From Tubulanus polymorphus (Eukaryota > Animalia > Nemertea): DNA of 64,000 bases. Made by a program: the position numbers and the translations under genes. Shown here one piece after another: positions 47,708 to 59,600 of this stretch; position 1 is the stretch's first letter, and every line of letters begins with the position of its first letter. Under the pieces are notes generated by a model. It was not told the origin of the DNA. It saw only the letters and a program-made list of their open reading frames with translations, and made no database searches. The stretch covers positions 12,733,950 through 12,797,949 of the forward strand of contig NC_134026.1 of the NCBI RefSeq assembly GCF_964204645.1. The letters run 5' to 3'.

Positions 47708-48464
47708 CACAGGGGTTTGGCGATGGGCTTGGATTTTATTTCCGGGTTGTTGATAATCTCGCGAGAATGGCGCTAAATATGAACTGAAAATAAATTCAAA
47801 ATATAGAAATACCTTGTGTTTATATTGTTTATTTATCCGCCATTAAGTTCCGATAAACAATTGGTCGTTAAGGATCATTATCAGACGGTCGTCACGCTAC
47901 TATGTAAAATAACAAGGGATGAAACGCAGTTCAGAGTTGTGCCAGCCAGTCACGTGACAGTCGCGCTTCTTATTTGAATGAATGCAAACCCGAAGCATCT
48001 AAGATGGAAACTATGATACGAAAAATATTTGAGATTAATTCACATTCAAATGCATTTTTTGTCTATGAATTATATATTTGATCACAATTCTTTATAAATT
48101 ATTAATTTCATATGAATCATAATCTGACAATTGATACCGGTCTGTGAATATGTTAACTTTTCATGTTAAAGTTTTAAATGTGATGACATCATCAGAATGT
48201 CACGTGACTGTCCCAACTTTCTGGCTGGCATGAATTGAACTGCGTTTCATCCCTTGTTCTTTTATATAGTAGTGTGACGACCGTCTGATAATGATTCTTA
48301 ACGACCAATTGTTTATCGAAACTTTATAGCGGATAAATAAACAATATAAACACAAGGTATTTCCGTGATATTTTGAATTTATTCGTAGTTCATATTTAGC
48401 GCCATTCTCGCGAGATTATCAACAACCCGGAAATAAAATCCAAGCCCATCGCCAAACCCCTGTG
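47708..48464. mobile_element. Intact P-type (or hAT) MITE, 757 bp
   Basis: ~250-bp TIRs starting CACAGGGGTTTGGCGATGGG; 8-bp TSD AATGAAAC (47700-47707 and 48465-48472). Confidence 0.9.
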
Positions 48465-49942
48465 AATGAAACTGGAAAGAGAATCAACTCCAATATTTCA
48501 TATTGAAATTGTACTGTAGTTGAACCCACAGCAATGAATTAATGAAGAAATTAAATCAACTTAGTCAAAACTTGGAAAATTTAAAATTAATGCTCGAGTT
48601 AAGGGGTGGGAAGAAAGAAGATGAAACTGTAACTCTGTAACTGTAAATTTGATTCATTTCTGAAATTTGAGCTTGATATATTATAAGCCCAAATTTCAGA
48701 AATGAATCAAACCTCATAATTCTTGAATCTTATATTATAAGATCAAATGAAATTTAATATTTTAATTTTTGCGAGAAAAAACTTGAAAAATTTCTTATAA
48801 ATCAGGTCTCGGTACCACTGTCTGCTAAAAAGATTATTCTTTCGATTTAGATAAAGTGTCATTTTTTAATGGTTTAAAACTCTTTGTGAAACCATAATGT
48901 AACCAATGACATTTCTATGGTGGGAACTGAGAGGGGTTTTTGCAATATTGAAGAATTTTGACATGGTAGTTAATTTAGAAATTAGCTCCATTTGGAAATA
49001 AAAGGAAGACGAGAAGAGTACAACGCATTTCTTAATTACCTTCAAAAAGAAAAAAAATCGAATACGCGTTGAAACGCACAAATCGGAAAATTATTTTCTG
49101 CTAGAAAAAACTCGAATTAGCAGGAAATGCGAATGTCAGTACAAAAATTGATTTCTCTTGCGAAAAATATACATTTCTTTCTAATCCGCCTGGAATACGG
49201 TTCAAAATAAGCAGTGCACGCGGCCAGCGGTTCCGAATTCCTTATTTGGTGAAGAAGGGGCGGAGACTAATGTTTTTGCCGACCGCGATGATGTTGCTGC
49301 TCGAGAGCGAGACTACGCCGTGCCGATCCGCCGCCGCGCTGGCCGAGGAATTTTACGACTAACGCGACTCACCGCAGTTTTTAGGGTCGTTACTTTTGAT
49401 TAAAAAAGTGTATTTCAGTGCTGCCGCTGAGAATGACAGCTGCGCGCGCGAGAGCGTAATTCTCCGGGATTCGAACCTGCGTGCCGAACCGCGTGGCACC
49501 GGGCCGCGGCCGCGTTTTGTTATTATGAATTCGCCCCTGTTGCTAAGGGAATTTCAGCTAATTTCAACTCGATCAATCAACGCGGTTCATTGTTAAACTA
49601 TTCATCAACCCAATCTTGTTCGAAATTTCATGAAATAAATACATTCTAAAATAACCCGATCCATAAGTTACCGTATTTTAGTTAGTGGAATGCCGGATTT
49701 TAGCGTGACGTAATTCTACTTCCGATTTCCCCATGAACTTCAAACCGGACGTCAAGTGACGTCATTTTTTTCTGACTTTGTCAGCTAGTCAGAATCGGTT
49801 AAGAAGACACTTCGTAGTATCCACATATACGCGTTTACCAAAGGGACGTCCTCCAGGCGCCTTCGGCGCCCGGCGTCCGTCTATTAGTGATAGTTCTCGC
49901 TATATGTCATTCCCTCCCTGCAGAAAAAACAGCCCTAAACTT

Positions 49943-50835
49943 CAGTGTTGCCAGACTTCCGGAAATTTCCGGAGTTCCTGGAATCGAAACTTTCAAAAAA
50001 AAATCCGGAAATTTTCTTCTCCGTACTGCGCGAAAATGCCGTTAATTTTTATTAGAACGGCCACCGATACGCATTCGCTGTGATGATTGCACCACCACTC
50101 ATCGTCATGACGACGCCGCGCAGCTCCGCGGTCGAGAGGCTTTTGTGTAAGTATACAGAGTAGTGCTTATAACTTTATTGATTTTATACTCGAATGTGTA
50201 TTGTAAAATTTTGGAGTTCAATAAACTTCTGTACTGTAACCACGACTTGACTTGCTGATGCGCCGCGCTTGTATTAGATCATCTTTATCAGAGCATTCAT
50301 AGGTACGTCCCTTCAAGTTACACATCTATGATCATCTATATAGGCTTAGACCTAAACTATCTATGATCCGTCCTTTTTTGAATGTTCCATTTTTTTTATT
50401 TTCAATAGGCCCGTATGCAATAGTTCCCCGGAAAATGAGTTGCATAATATTCACGGATAAATTGATTATTAACGAAATTTTAAATATTTCCTTGCCAACT
50501 AAGCGCTCAAGCGCTACGATCTTGAATTTGTGAGCGTTCATCGGCGCATTTGAACTGCAATAATTCAGGACTCGACCCGTAATGCGTGAGAAGATGCTGA
50601 TCGTCAACGAATGAGGATGTGCCACATTGGAAATAGCCATTACCTTCCAGAATATAATAAGTTGTTCATGGGTTCACGATCGCTCTAAGTGCTCGGAAAA
50701 CGCTTCTAATTTCTGAAATTTTCTTGGGGGGGACCCCCAAACCCCCCGAAATGGCTTCGCGCCTACGGCGCTCGCAAGTTTGTGTATGTCAATAAATACT
50801 TCCGGATATAGCAAAGCTAGGTGCTGGCAACACTG
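49943..50835. mobile_element. Non-autonomous hAT-like element with 6-bp TSD
   Basis: TIR CAGTGTTGCCAG/CTGGCAACACTG; AAACTT duplicated on both sides. Confidence 0.8.
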
Positions 50836-51611
50836 AAACTTCTACAAATTCATTCTAGGTGTAAACAGGAAAACCTCAAATGCAGCAACCAGAGGAGAAC
50901 TTGGCCGGTTTCCCATTCTCCTGTCTGTCATCCCTCAGCTTATTAATTATTGGTTCCGTATATGCAAACTCTCCCCCTCCACTCATTAGGAAAGCATATA
51001 TTGACTGCCTGAGTAACTCAACTGTTAACTGGTGCTCGGGCATCAAATCCATACTTGACTGCCTCAATCTTGAGAATACCTGGCTGAACCAAGGCTTTAG
51101 TCTCCGACCGAGCACAATAAGAACTATAAAACTACAGTCACAACGCCTTTACTCAGACAAATGGCTCCAATTCATCAACGATCCCTCCAATTCTAAACTC
51201 CGTAGTTATAAACTTTTCAAAACTGCATTCTACACGGAAAATTACATTATGTCCCAGCCCCTCTACATTAGACGGCAATTCACAAAATTAAGAGTTTCTA
51301 ACCACTCACTTCACATAGAGACTGGTCGTCACATCCGCCCAATTACCCCCATTGAAAACAGGACCTGTAAGCTCTGCAACTCAAATCAAATTGAGGACGA
51401 AAAACATTTCCTTCTCGACTGCACTGCTCTCTCAACAATCCGTGCTAAACATCTCACCAACATCAATGATATTATCCCTTCCTTCTCAACCCAAAACCCT
51501 GATGAACAATTCGCCCTCCTCTTCTCTAATTATAACAATGGTTCTGAAATAGGCAAAGTTGTATGTAACCTGGTAAATGATCTAGCTACCTTTCGTCACA
51601 ACTCTAATTAA
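50836..51611 (+). pseudogene. LINE ORF2 C-terminal fragment
   Basis: GELGRFP and ETGRH/CCHC motifs; ORF 50880-51611 plus an upstream frameshifted part. Confidence 0.85.
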
Positions 51612-51740
51612 ACACGGACACAGATACCGCTTTACTCTGGGTTGAGTGGACTATATAGATACACATGTATGTGTGTGTATATGTGTGTATGTGGATGTAT
51701 ACGTATATGTGTATGTATGTATATTTGTCTATGTGCGTCT

Positions 51741-52705
51741 CCTTAGCGAGCTTCTCGCACAATCAATTTGGAGCAACGTCGGTCCTCTCGTTGAGGGTCA
51801 AACAGCAGCGCCCCCTTAGCGAGCTTCTCGCACGATCAATTTGGAGCAACGTCGGTCCTCTCGTTGAGGGTCAAACAGCAGCGCCCCCTTAGCGAGCTTC
51901 TCGCACGATCAATTTGGAGCAACGTCGGTCCTCTCGTTGAGGGTCGAACAGCAGCGCACCCTTAGCGAGCTTCTCGCACGATCGTAACGGTCCTCCCGTT
52001 GAGGATCGAACAGCGGCGCCTCTTTAGCGAGCCTTTCACACGATCGATGTTGGTCCTCCCGTTGAGGATCGAACAGCAGCGTCTCCTTAGCGAGCTTCTC
52101 GCACGATCAATTTGGAGCAACGTCGGTCCTCCCGTTGAGGAACGAACAGCAGCGCGCCCTTAGCGAGCTTCTCGCACGACGGATGTCGAGCGATGTCGGT
52201 CCTCTCGTTGAGGGTCGAACAGCAGCGCCCCTTAGCGAGCTTCTCGCACGATCGATGTCGATCCTCTCGTTGAGGGTCGAACCGCAGCGAGCTTCTCGCA
52301 CGATCGATGTCGAGCGATGTGGGTCCTCTCGTTGAGGAACGAACAGTAGCGCGCACTTAGCGAGCTTCTCGCACGACCGATGTCGAGCGATGTCGGTCCT
52401 CTCGTTGAGGGTCAAACAGCAGCGCCCCCTTAGCGAGCTTCTCGCACGATTAATTTGGAGCAATGTCGGTCCTCTCGTTGAGGGTCGAACAGCAGCGCAA
52501 CCTTAGCGAGCTTCTCGCACGACCGATGTCGAGTGATGTCGATCCTCTCGTTGAGGGTCGAACAGCAGCGCCCCTTAGCGAGCTTCTCGCACGATCGATG
52601 TCGATCCTCTCGTTGAGGGTCGAACAGCAGCGCCCCCTTAGCGAGCTTCTCGCACGATCGATATCGAGGGATGTCGGTCCTCTCGTTGAGGAACGAACAG
52701 TAGCG
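51741..52705 (+). repeat. 14-unit GC-rich tandem array (56-73 nt units), two hairpins per unit
   Basis: TTAGCGAGCTTCTCGCAC-variable linker-GTCGGTCCTCTCGTTGAGGGTCGAACAGCAGCG. Confidence 0.95.
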
Positions 52706-55700
52706 ACTACTTCAGCGGACGTGTACGGTGGACACGCCAGCACACTCCGCTTAGGAAAACTCCAACTCCTGCTCCTGTGAACTAGAGATTAAAATAAAAA
52801 GCATAGACTGATAGAATATGCCAGTAGTTTTATTACAACCGTCTCCCCGAACAACCAGTTTTCGACTGGCTAAACAACTCTGGAAGACGACTCCCTCTGC
52901 CTGCGGACTACCACCCGGACCCAAGATGGCAGCACCATCCAATACCCGACTGTACAAGTTACACTACCACATAAACACTCAGCCGTATACGACACGTTAC
53001 TTGATCTTGGTCTTATATTTCCCAATAAAATCAACTTAAGGTCTTAAGTCCCAAGTTAGTCTGAATACCAGTCGTTGTTACCGAATACCGGTTCCCTACA
53101 ACCAACGGCTAGGTACTAGACCAGTTCCAAGTGGGCTTAAAAGATATGAAATAACTAAACTGATTTACCATCGGTTGCGGCAAGCTGACTCATATCTGTC
53201 ATAAGACTCTCCATGTGGTTCAACTGCGGATTGATTGGAATCTTCCACACGACTTGTAGGCTTATCGAATTGCTTTATAGGCCTAAAGCAATTGAGTAGT
53301 AGTTAAAATATACACATGATCAGGGATGAAAATGGCCCATACTGAAAAAGTTGGAAAATATTGAAAAAAAAATTTTTTGGGAAACAAAAATCAGTAACTT
53401 TTGGCCTAAAAACTTACTTTCTTTTGGTCAAAATGTCAATAGTTTGGGCTTGAATTACAGCCGCTCTTTGAATGAGATGCCATATTGTTTTCTCCGACTC
53501 CACAGTTGTGCTAACTACTGCCAAAAGCCGGCTTAGGGAGCACTCCTAACTACGGAGCACTCTGATGTGAATCCTTAGTTATGCCATCCAATAAGCCTAA
53601 AAGTTCCACCATAGACCTAGGCCTATCTCTTCGCACCCCCAAAATGAATTGGCTGTGACTGTGTAGGACTACCGGTGCCGACCTGATTACACTTCACCTG
53701 CGGTAGGCCTAAAAGCCTGGATTAAAATATCATGCCAAACGAACGAAATCAAGAGTAAAAGTCGCCCCGAATATGTCCGGTTTGTTTAGGCCTACCTACG
53801 GTCCATGGGTGTATTGTTCGGCAACTGTTCAGTGACATAGAATTGGCCTACTGAATTGAATTATTCAAAGAACATTCAATGAGTCTATTGTTAGTCTAGT
53901 TGATAGCCTAACCTGTCAGTGGTTTAGTTTCACGATCGGATATTTTCACAAACCACACGTTGGTATAAGCCCATCCGATTATAAAAAGCTTACCACCGAC
54001 GATTAGGTAACTAACTCAGTTGATACGAGCAAAAAGATTTCATTTATCAATAGTACTTACCCAACAAGCCGTGCATAAACGCTAAACATAATTCCGAATC
54101 GAAACAACGATAATGGCCGCCACGTTGATGTGATCCTTGAATCTGATTGGTCGAGTCATAGGAATCAATCTGATTGGTCGATAGATATATATCAAATCTG
54201 ATTGGTCGAATCATACATACCGTTTCCGGAGTTCACCACCAGAGGGGTGTTGTGTCGCTACTCAACGACCCAATATGCATTTCTACCACATACGATATAA
54301 TAATGTATGGGTGCTAACCACGTCAGCTAAATAATTGGGGCCAAAATTATTGGGTCCTAGTCCCAATAAATAGAAAATGACCCAATACGACAGAGAGGAC
54401 CCAATACTCCGAGTCTCAGAATCACGCATGTCCCGATAAGTTGGCGTTTATAAAACTATATATATATATGAGTCAAAATATGATGTCCTAAAATTTCGTT
54501 ACGTCCTGAACAATTCTAAATTCAACCCATTTATATTGTGGGATCACTCTTGTAAAATATCTCAAGAGAAGGTGCGAGGAATGGCCATACAACAGCAAGA
54601 ATTTGAAGTGATGACTACTGAATACAATTAAATGAACACTTTTTAAAAGTAGTTTGTCCTAATTTCATTTCAAAAATTTTTGGTGTCTTTTTTTAGCAGA
54701 TAAAATCATCGATATTTTTTCATACTTTGGGTTGCACACAAGACTGATATCTTTACTCCATTGAAAATTGCTATAACTTTTGCTTTTTATTAAGACGTAT
54801 GTAGTACAATTGTTAAAATAATAAAATGTGGAATTGATGGCGAAACAAATTTGATCCGGACGTAACATATGGAGTCCTATTTGTTACGTCCAGGAAAATT
54901 CCTATAAATAAGAACGATTCCGGATAGTACTTAAAATTTTGCCGCTAAAATAAGCTTGACCTTCCAGAATCATCAATCGTAGATAATATTTGCATTGTTC
55001 AGAGGATCTTTCTTTATTCTGCATATAAATCGTTGAAGAATTATTTTGGTGTCAAAAAACGTGCGTCCCGAAATAAAAAAGTTGTTTACGTATGGAGCTA
55101 TAAGCCGGCAGACGATACCTTACACCGCGCAAGATTAGCCTCTACAATGTATCCGTACAGTAGCGCCACCCCAAACTAAGTTTGTTTCAAGATGGCAGAC
55201 GATGTCGCGGTCGATGGAAAGTACGTATAAAAAAAACTTTTGTTACGTCCTTGACAAATTGTATGTATGGTTCGTTTAGTATTGAAATGAGTATTTATTA
55301 TTGCCTGCATACCTAGAAATGACTCGTACCATGAAACTTTCTCTCATAAAGTAGCAGGGGGCAAATAAATTGAGTTATTTCACGTCAACTAGCGTCAGCA
55401 ACAAGCGCTTGAAATGAGACGGTGCTGCTTTTACTGTTATTTCGGGTCGTGTCCTATTTACGTCCAGTTGTAAAAATAACTTCTGCTTACAACTGGAAGG
55501 TATTTTTACAGGTTACTGCCTTTGATTTGAAGAAAATCACTAATGAGTTGCTCAATTTCAATTTGGAACATATTTCCATATTTGCATTGCCTAGGCCTAA
55601 TTCTCAATGCATTGGATGTAACAAAGACACTAATAATGAAGAAATTCCTTTTCAAAATTTAGAGTCACTGTTACGTCCTTGTTGGAAACTATAAGATTCG

Positions 55701-55936
55701 CCCAGAGAATGCTATTTAGACCTTTGATTTAGACCATAAATGAGAATCTGCATGGCATTATACTCGTCACAACAGACCTAGATATTTTTTTAGGTGATTT
55801 TATGGCAACAATAGCAAGGATGTAACAAAGACGCTAAATTTTTGTGTCTTCGTGCATCCTGAACTTATAAAGAATAATCTGTAACGAACCAAATCTGTAA
55901 CGAACCAATTTACTGATTTGCGGTATAGAAGCAAGT

Positions 55937-56581
55937 GACGTTAACGGCCTAGAGGCCGCAATTGATGGCCGATTTTTTTCAAACTTGGTAGACAACTAGG
56001 GTATCACCTGGGGCAGAACCCTATTTAAAATTGGGTCGATTCGATTCAAATTATGGCCACCAGGGGGGCCGACATGAAAATGGACGTTAACGGCCTAGAG
56101 GCCGCAATTGATGGCCGATTTTTTTCAAACTTGGTAGACAACTAGGGTATCACATGGGGCAGAACCCTATTTAAAATTGGGTCGCTTCGATTCAAATTAT
56201 GGCCACCATTGGGCCGATATGAAAATGGACGTTAACGGCCTAGAGGCCGCAATTGTTGACCATTTTTTTCAAACTTGGTAGACAACTAGGGTATCACATG
56301 GGGCAGAACCCTATTTAAAATTGGGTCGATTCGATTCAAATTATGGCCACCAGGGGGCCGATATGAAAATGGACGTTAACGGTCTAGAGGCCGCAATTCA
56401 TGGCCGATTTTTTTCAAACTTGGTAGACAACTAGGGTATCACATGGGGCAGAACCCTATTTAAAATTGGGTCGCTTCGATTCAAATTATGGCCACCAGGG
56501 GGGCCGATATGAAAATGGACGTTAACGGCCTAGAGGCCGCAATTGATGGCCAATTTTTTCCAAACTTGGTAGACAACTAGG
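55937..56581. repeat. ~145-bp tandem repeat, 4.4 copies (Helentron/HINE-type central repeat or satellite)
   Basis: Units start GACGTTAACGG at 55937, 56083, 56228, 56372 and 56518. Confidence 0.95.
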
Positions 56582-56683
56582 ATATAATATATGCTGCAAT
56601 GGAACCATATCTCTTTTCATCTCATTGACTCAATGTGTCTTAACTTTTTCAGAGAAAATAAGAGATCCGTACGATATAAATTA

Positions 56684-59600
56684 GGGTAACTCCACGTAAT
56701 TTCGGAAGCCGTTTTTTAATCAACTAATTTCACGGGCATTAATCTTCGACTATAGGAATTGCCAATAGCACTTTTTTTCATAGCCGCATATTTCTGCGGT
56801 CTAATATCATTAAGGAATCGTTTAAAACGAGTTCCCTTTAAAAGATATGTCAATTTATGTCATTTTAAGAGATAACATAATTTCGGAATACCTGGTTACG
56901 TAAATTCGGAAGCACTCCACATAATTTCGGAAACGAAATAACGAAAATATTTGCTATCATTTATATGTACTCACAACGCGTCGTTCTTGGACAATGTCAT
57001 GTTGGTAAAGTAGGGGAGGTAGCTATATGAACGGTAGTTGGACAATGCCATTTTGGTTAAGTAGGGGTGGTAGCAATGTCATTGAGGTTCGAATCCCATT
57101 ATTAAACTATTTTAATTTCGCGCAAATTTTACGACGATTAATCAATGTATATGTCATTTCATACAATGTTTTTATATAAAAGAAATTCTTTTTATATAAA
57201 GTTGATGAGATTAAAAAATACTGATGCTTCATAGCAATATGGCAACGCTAGTTGGACAATGCCATTTGGGTAAAGTAGGGGTGTTAGCAGGTGATTGATG
57301 TTCGAATCCAATAATTAAACTATTTTAATTCGCGCAATTTTAGCCGATCAGCTGATTGAGGGTAAACAAATAAACAGAAGCAGAAGTTAAGTATTTCAAA
57401 CTTTTATATTTCATAACATATTCGTATTGCACAACCCATATATTATTGCTGTTATGTATTTTGAAAAAATAACTTATATGCCTACCTGATTAATAAAATA
57501 TCAGGCTCATAAAAAAATAAGATTTGTACCTATAAAACTAAAAACTTACCAAAAACCTAACATTTACATCCATAAATTAAAAATAAAACATATATTCCAC
57601 TGATTAAGTTGACAAAAATATTTTGATTTCAGAATGTAGCGAACACGTCCATCGTATTTTGGAATTCTTCTTTTGGAAACTCTAGCTGCATCCTGTTGTT
57701 GATGACTTTTGGAGGGCTTAAATCATAGATGATGTTTTCTGTGGGGTGCTCCTCGATGATGTCTACATCCGGCCATATAAATGAATTTTTAGTTTCACAT
57801 GGTTGGTTAAGAAACTGTACCATCACTACGTCTCCAAAGGCAAGAATCTCTAAGATCTGAAAACAGATTTCATGAATTGGGTAAGCCATTGAATGCATTT
57901 GTTCTCAGAACTAATTTCAAGGAATCGTACCACTCCAAAATAAAGATGTTTTCGTCCACGATTGCCCTCTTGGTATAGCGCTATGTAGACACCCTCACTG
58001 TTAAAAGAAAACGACCATTTTCAAGTCAGTATACAAACAAGATCTAAACTACAATTCTACAAGCCTACCTAATATTTATTTCTTGTACTTTAGGCATACT
58101 TGCTTCAGGAATTTGATCATCATCTTGAGTTTGATCATCATGGCCCTGAAATGCATGTTTTTCATTGACAAATAATGAATCATTGAATTAACATTCTCAA
58201 ATGGTTTTGTTATCTACTTACTGGAATATTTGATTCCTCTGGTCTCGATGAAATCTGCAAAAAGAGCGTGACAGGAAAAATGTAAATAAATGGTACATTA
58301 AAACCATAACCTATTTGCAGCACTATTTTAACTTACAGTTGTAGTGAGTCTTTTTTGCCTCTTTTCAATTCTCTCTTGTTCTTTTTTTTCTTTTAGATTT
58401 TGCTTAGCAACCGCATTCGCATAGGCATCGTCAGCAGTAAGTATGAAGTATCTTTTCTCTTCACATTTTCTCTTCTTTTTTGCTAGTGTGACCACAGGGT
58501 AATCCAAAACATCGTGATCTGGATCAGCTGATAATGTTTTGAGAATCGAAATGAGATATCTCATATGGAAAAATATTTGTATTTAATTCATTCTAAATTC
58601 TCTGTTACCTGGGGACGAGTTGTTATCAAAAGGAAATATAGGTGGCGCTTCTGTCTCCGCTGTTAAAAACTGAAAGATATATTTCATAAACATATGTGAA
58701 TACTCCATTTAGATGTGAATGTAATGTGAGGAAAACAAATCATGAAAAATAAAAGGATATTTGTTGATTGTTCGTCAGCACTTGAAAACTGAAATGTAAA
58801 ATCATTAGGTGTAAGTAACAACAAAGAACACAATAGAACCAATCTGAATCTGTTATTCCAACACAGGTAAAATAATAATACTAATTAACAAACAATGAAC
58901 CTATAATTAATAAAGTTTTTTGTTTCACACCTGAGATGGATTTTCACTCGTTGATTGATTCTAGATAGTAATTAAGGTTACAGGTCATTGCAAGATATTT
59001 TAAATGATTTTGTCTATATTTACGTTTTGTATGTTTTAGTGTGAAAAGTCATACCTTATTTGATTCCGACAACGGAACATCACTACATGGTGTAGGATCG
59101 GCGATCTAGAATACCAATACACATCATTGTATTCAAATAACAACTTGGTGAGATCATATGACCCGGATAGAAAATAACTCACATCAGCAATGACTGTTGC
59201 AATTGTAGTTGTAGATGGAAGAAATGCCTCTGGTGGAATTATAGAAGGATCGAATGGATAAATCCCGCACGACCTGAATCCATTAATTAAGTGTTCAGGC
59301 GAGATACTCTGCCAAGTAGGTGTAAAGATTTCAAAAAAACAACTCTTGTTGATGATCCGACCTGGATTTTGATTTGAGAAGTTTTGACAGAGGCGATTCC
59401 ATGAGGACTTTAATGTCTTAAAACACGATCTAAAAAAGAACACATACCGCCGCGGTAAACATTAAATTAGATTGTATAAATCAATAAGGGCAAAAAGACC
59501 TACCGATCTAGAGGCTGTAGCCAGTGTGATGTGTGCTCTGGGAGTTCAACTAATTTGATGTTATTTTCGCGAGCCAGTTCCACCAATTCTAAGAAATTGT

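Larger units (their letters stand above)
49905..53057 (+). mobile_element. 5'-truncated RTE-X-like LINE with long 3' UTR
   Basis: AEKTALNFYKFILGVNRKTSNAATRGELGRFP...KLRVSNHSLHIETGRH..C..C..EDEKHFLLDC; AATAAA at 53024 and short repeat tail; ends approximate. Confidence 0.75.

Noticed and set aside
49367-49375. ACT-CACCGC as Polinton right end plus 6-bp TSD
   Set aside because: No Polinton sequence or TIR adjacent and the rest of the PBS does not follow; chance match
49843-49888. GC hairpin GGCGCC-TTC-GGCGCC as a Helitron 3' end
   Set aside because: Terminal CTRR is imperfect and no 5' end or Rep/helicase sequence is identifiable
50079-50290. TG...CA segment with AATAAA resembling a solo LTR
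   Set aside because: No matching TSD and no second copy in the window
51741-52705. CRISPR-like repeat/spacer appearance
   Set aside because: Linkers are short, recurrent and related to each other rather than unique spacers; no cas genes; eukaryotic context
52087-52780. Several overlapping ORFs in the GC-rich array
   Set aside because: Translations of the tandem repeat with no protein motifs
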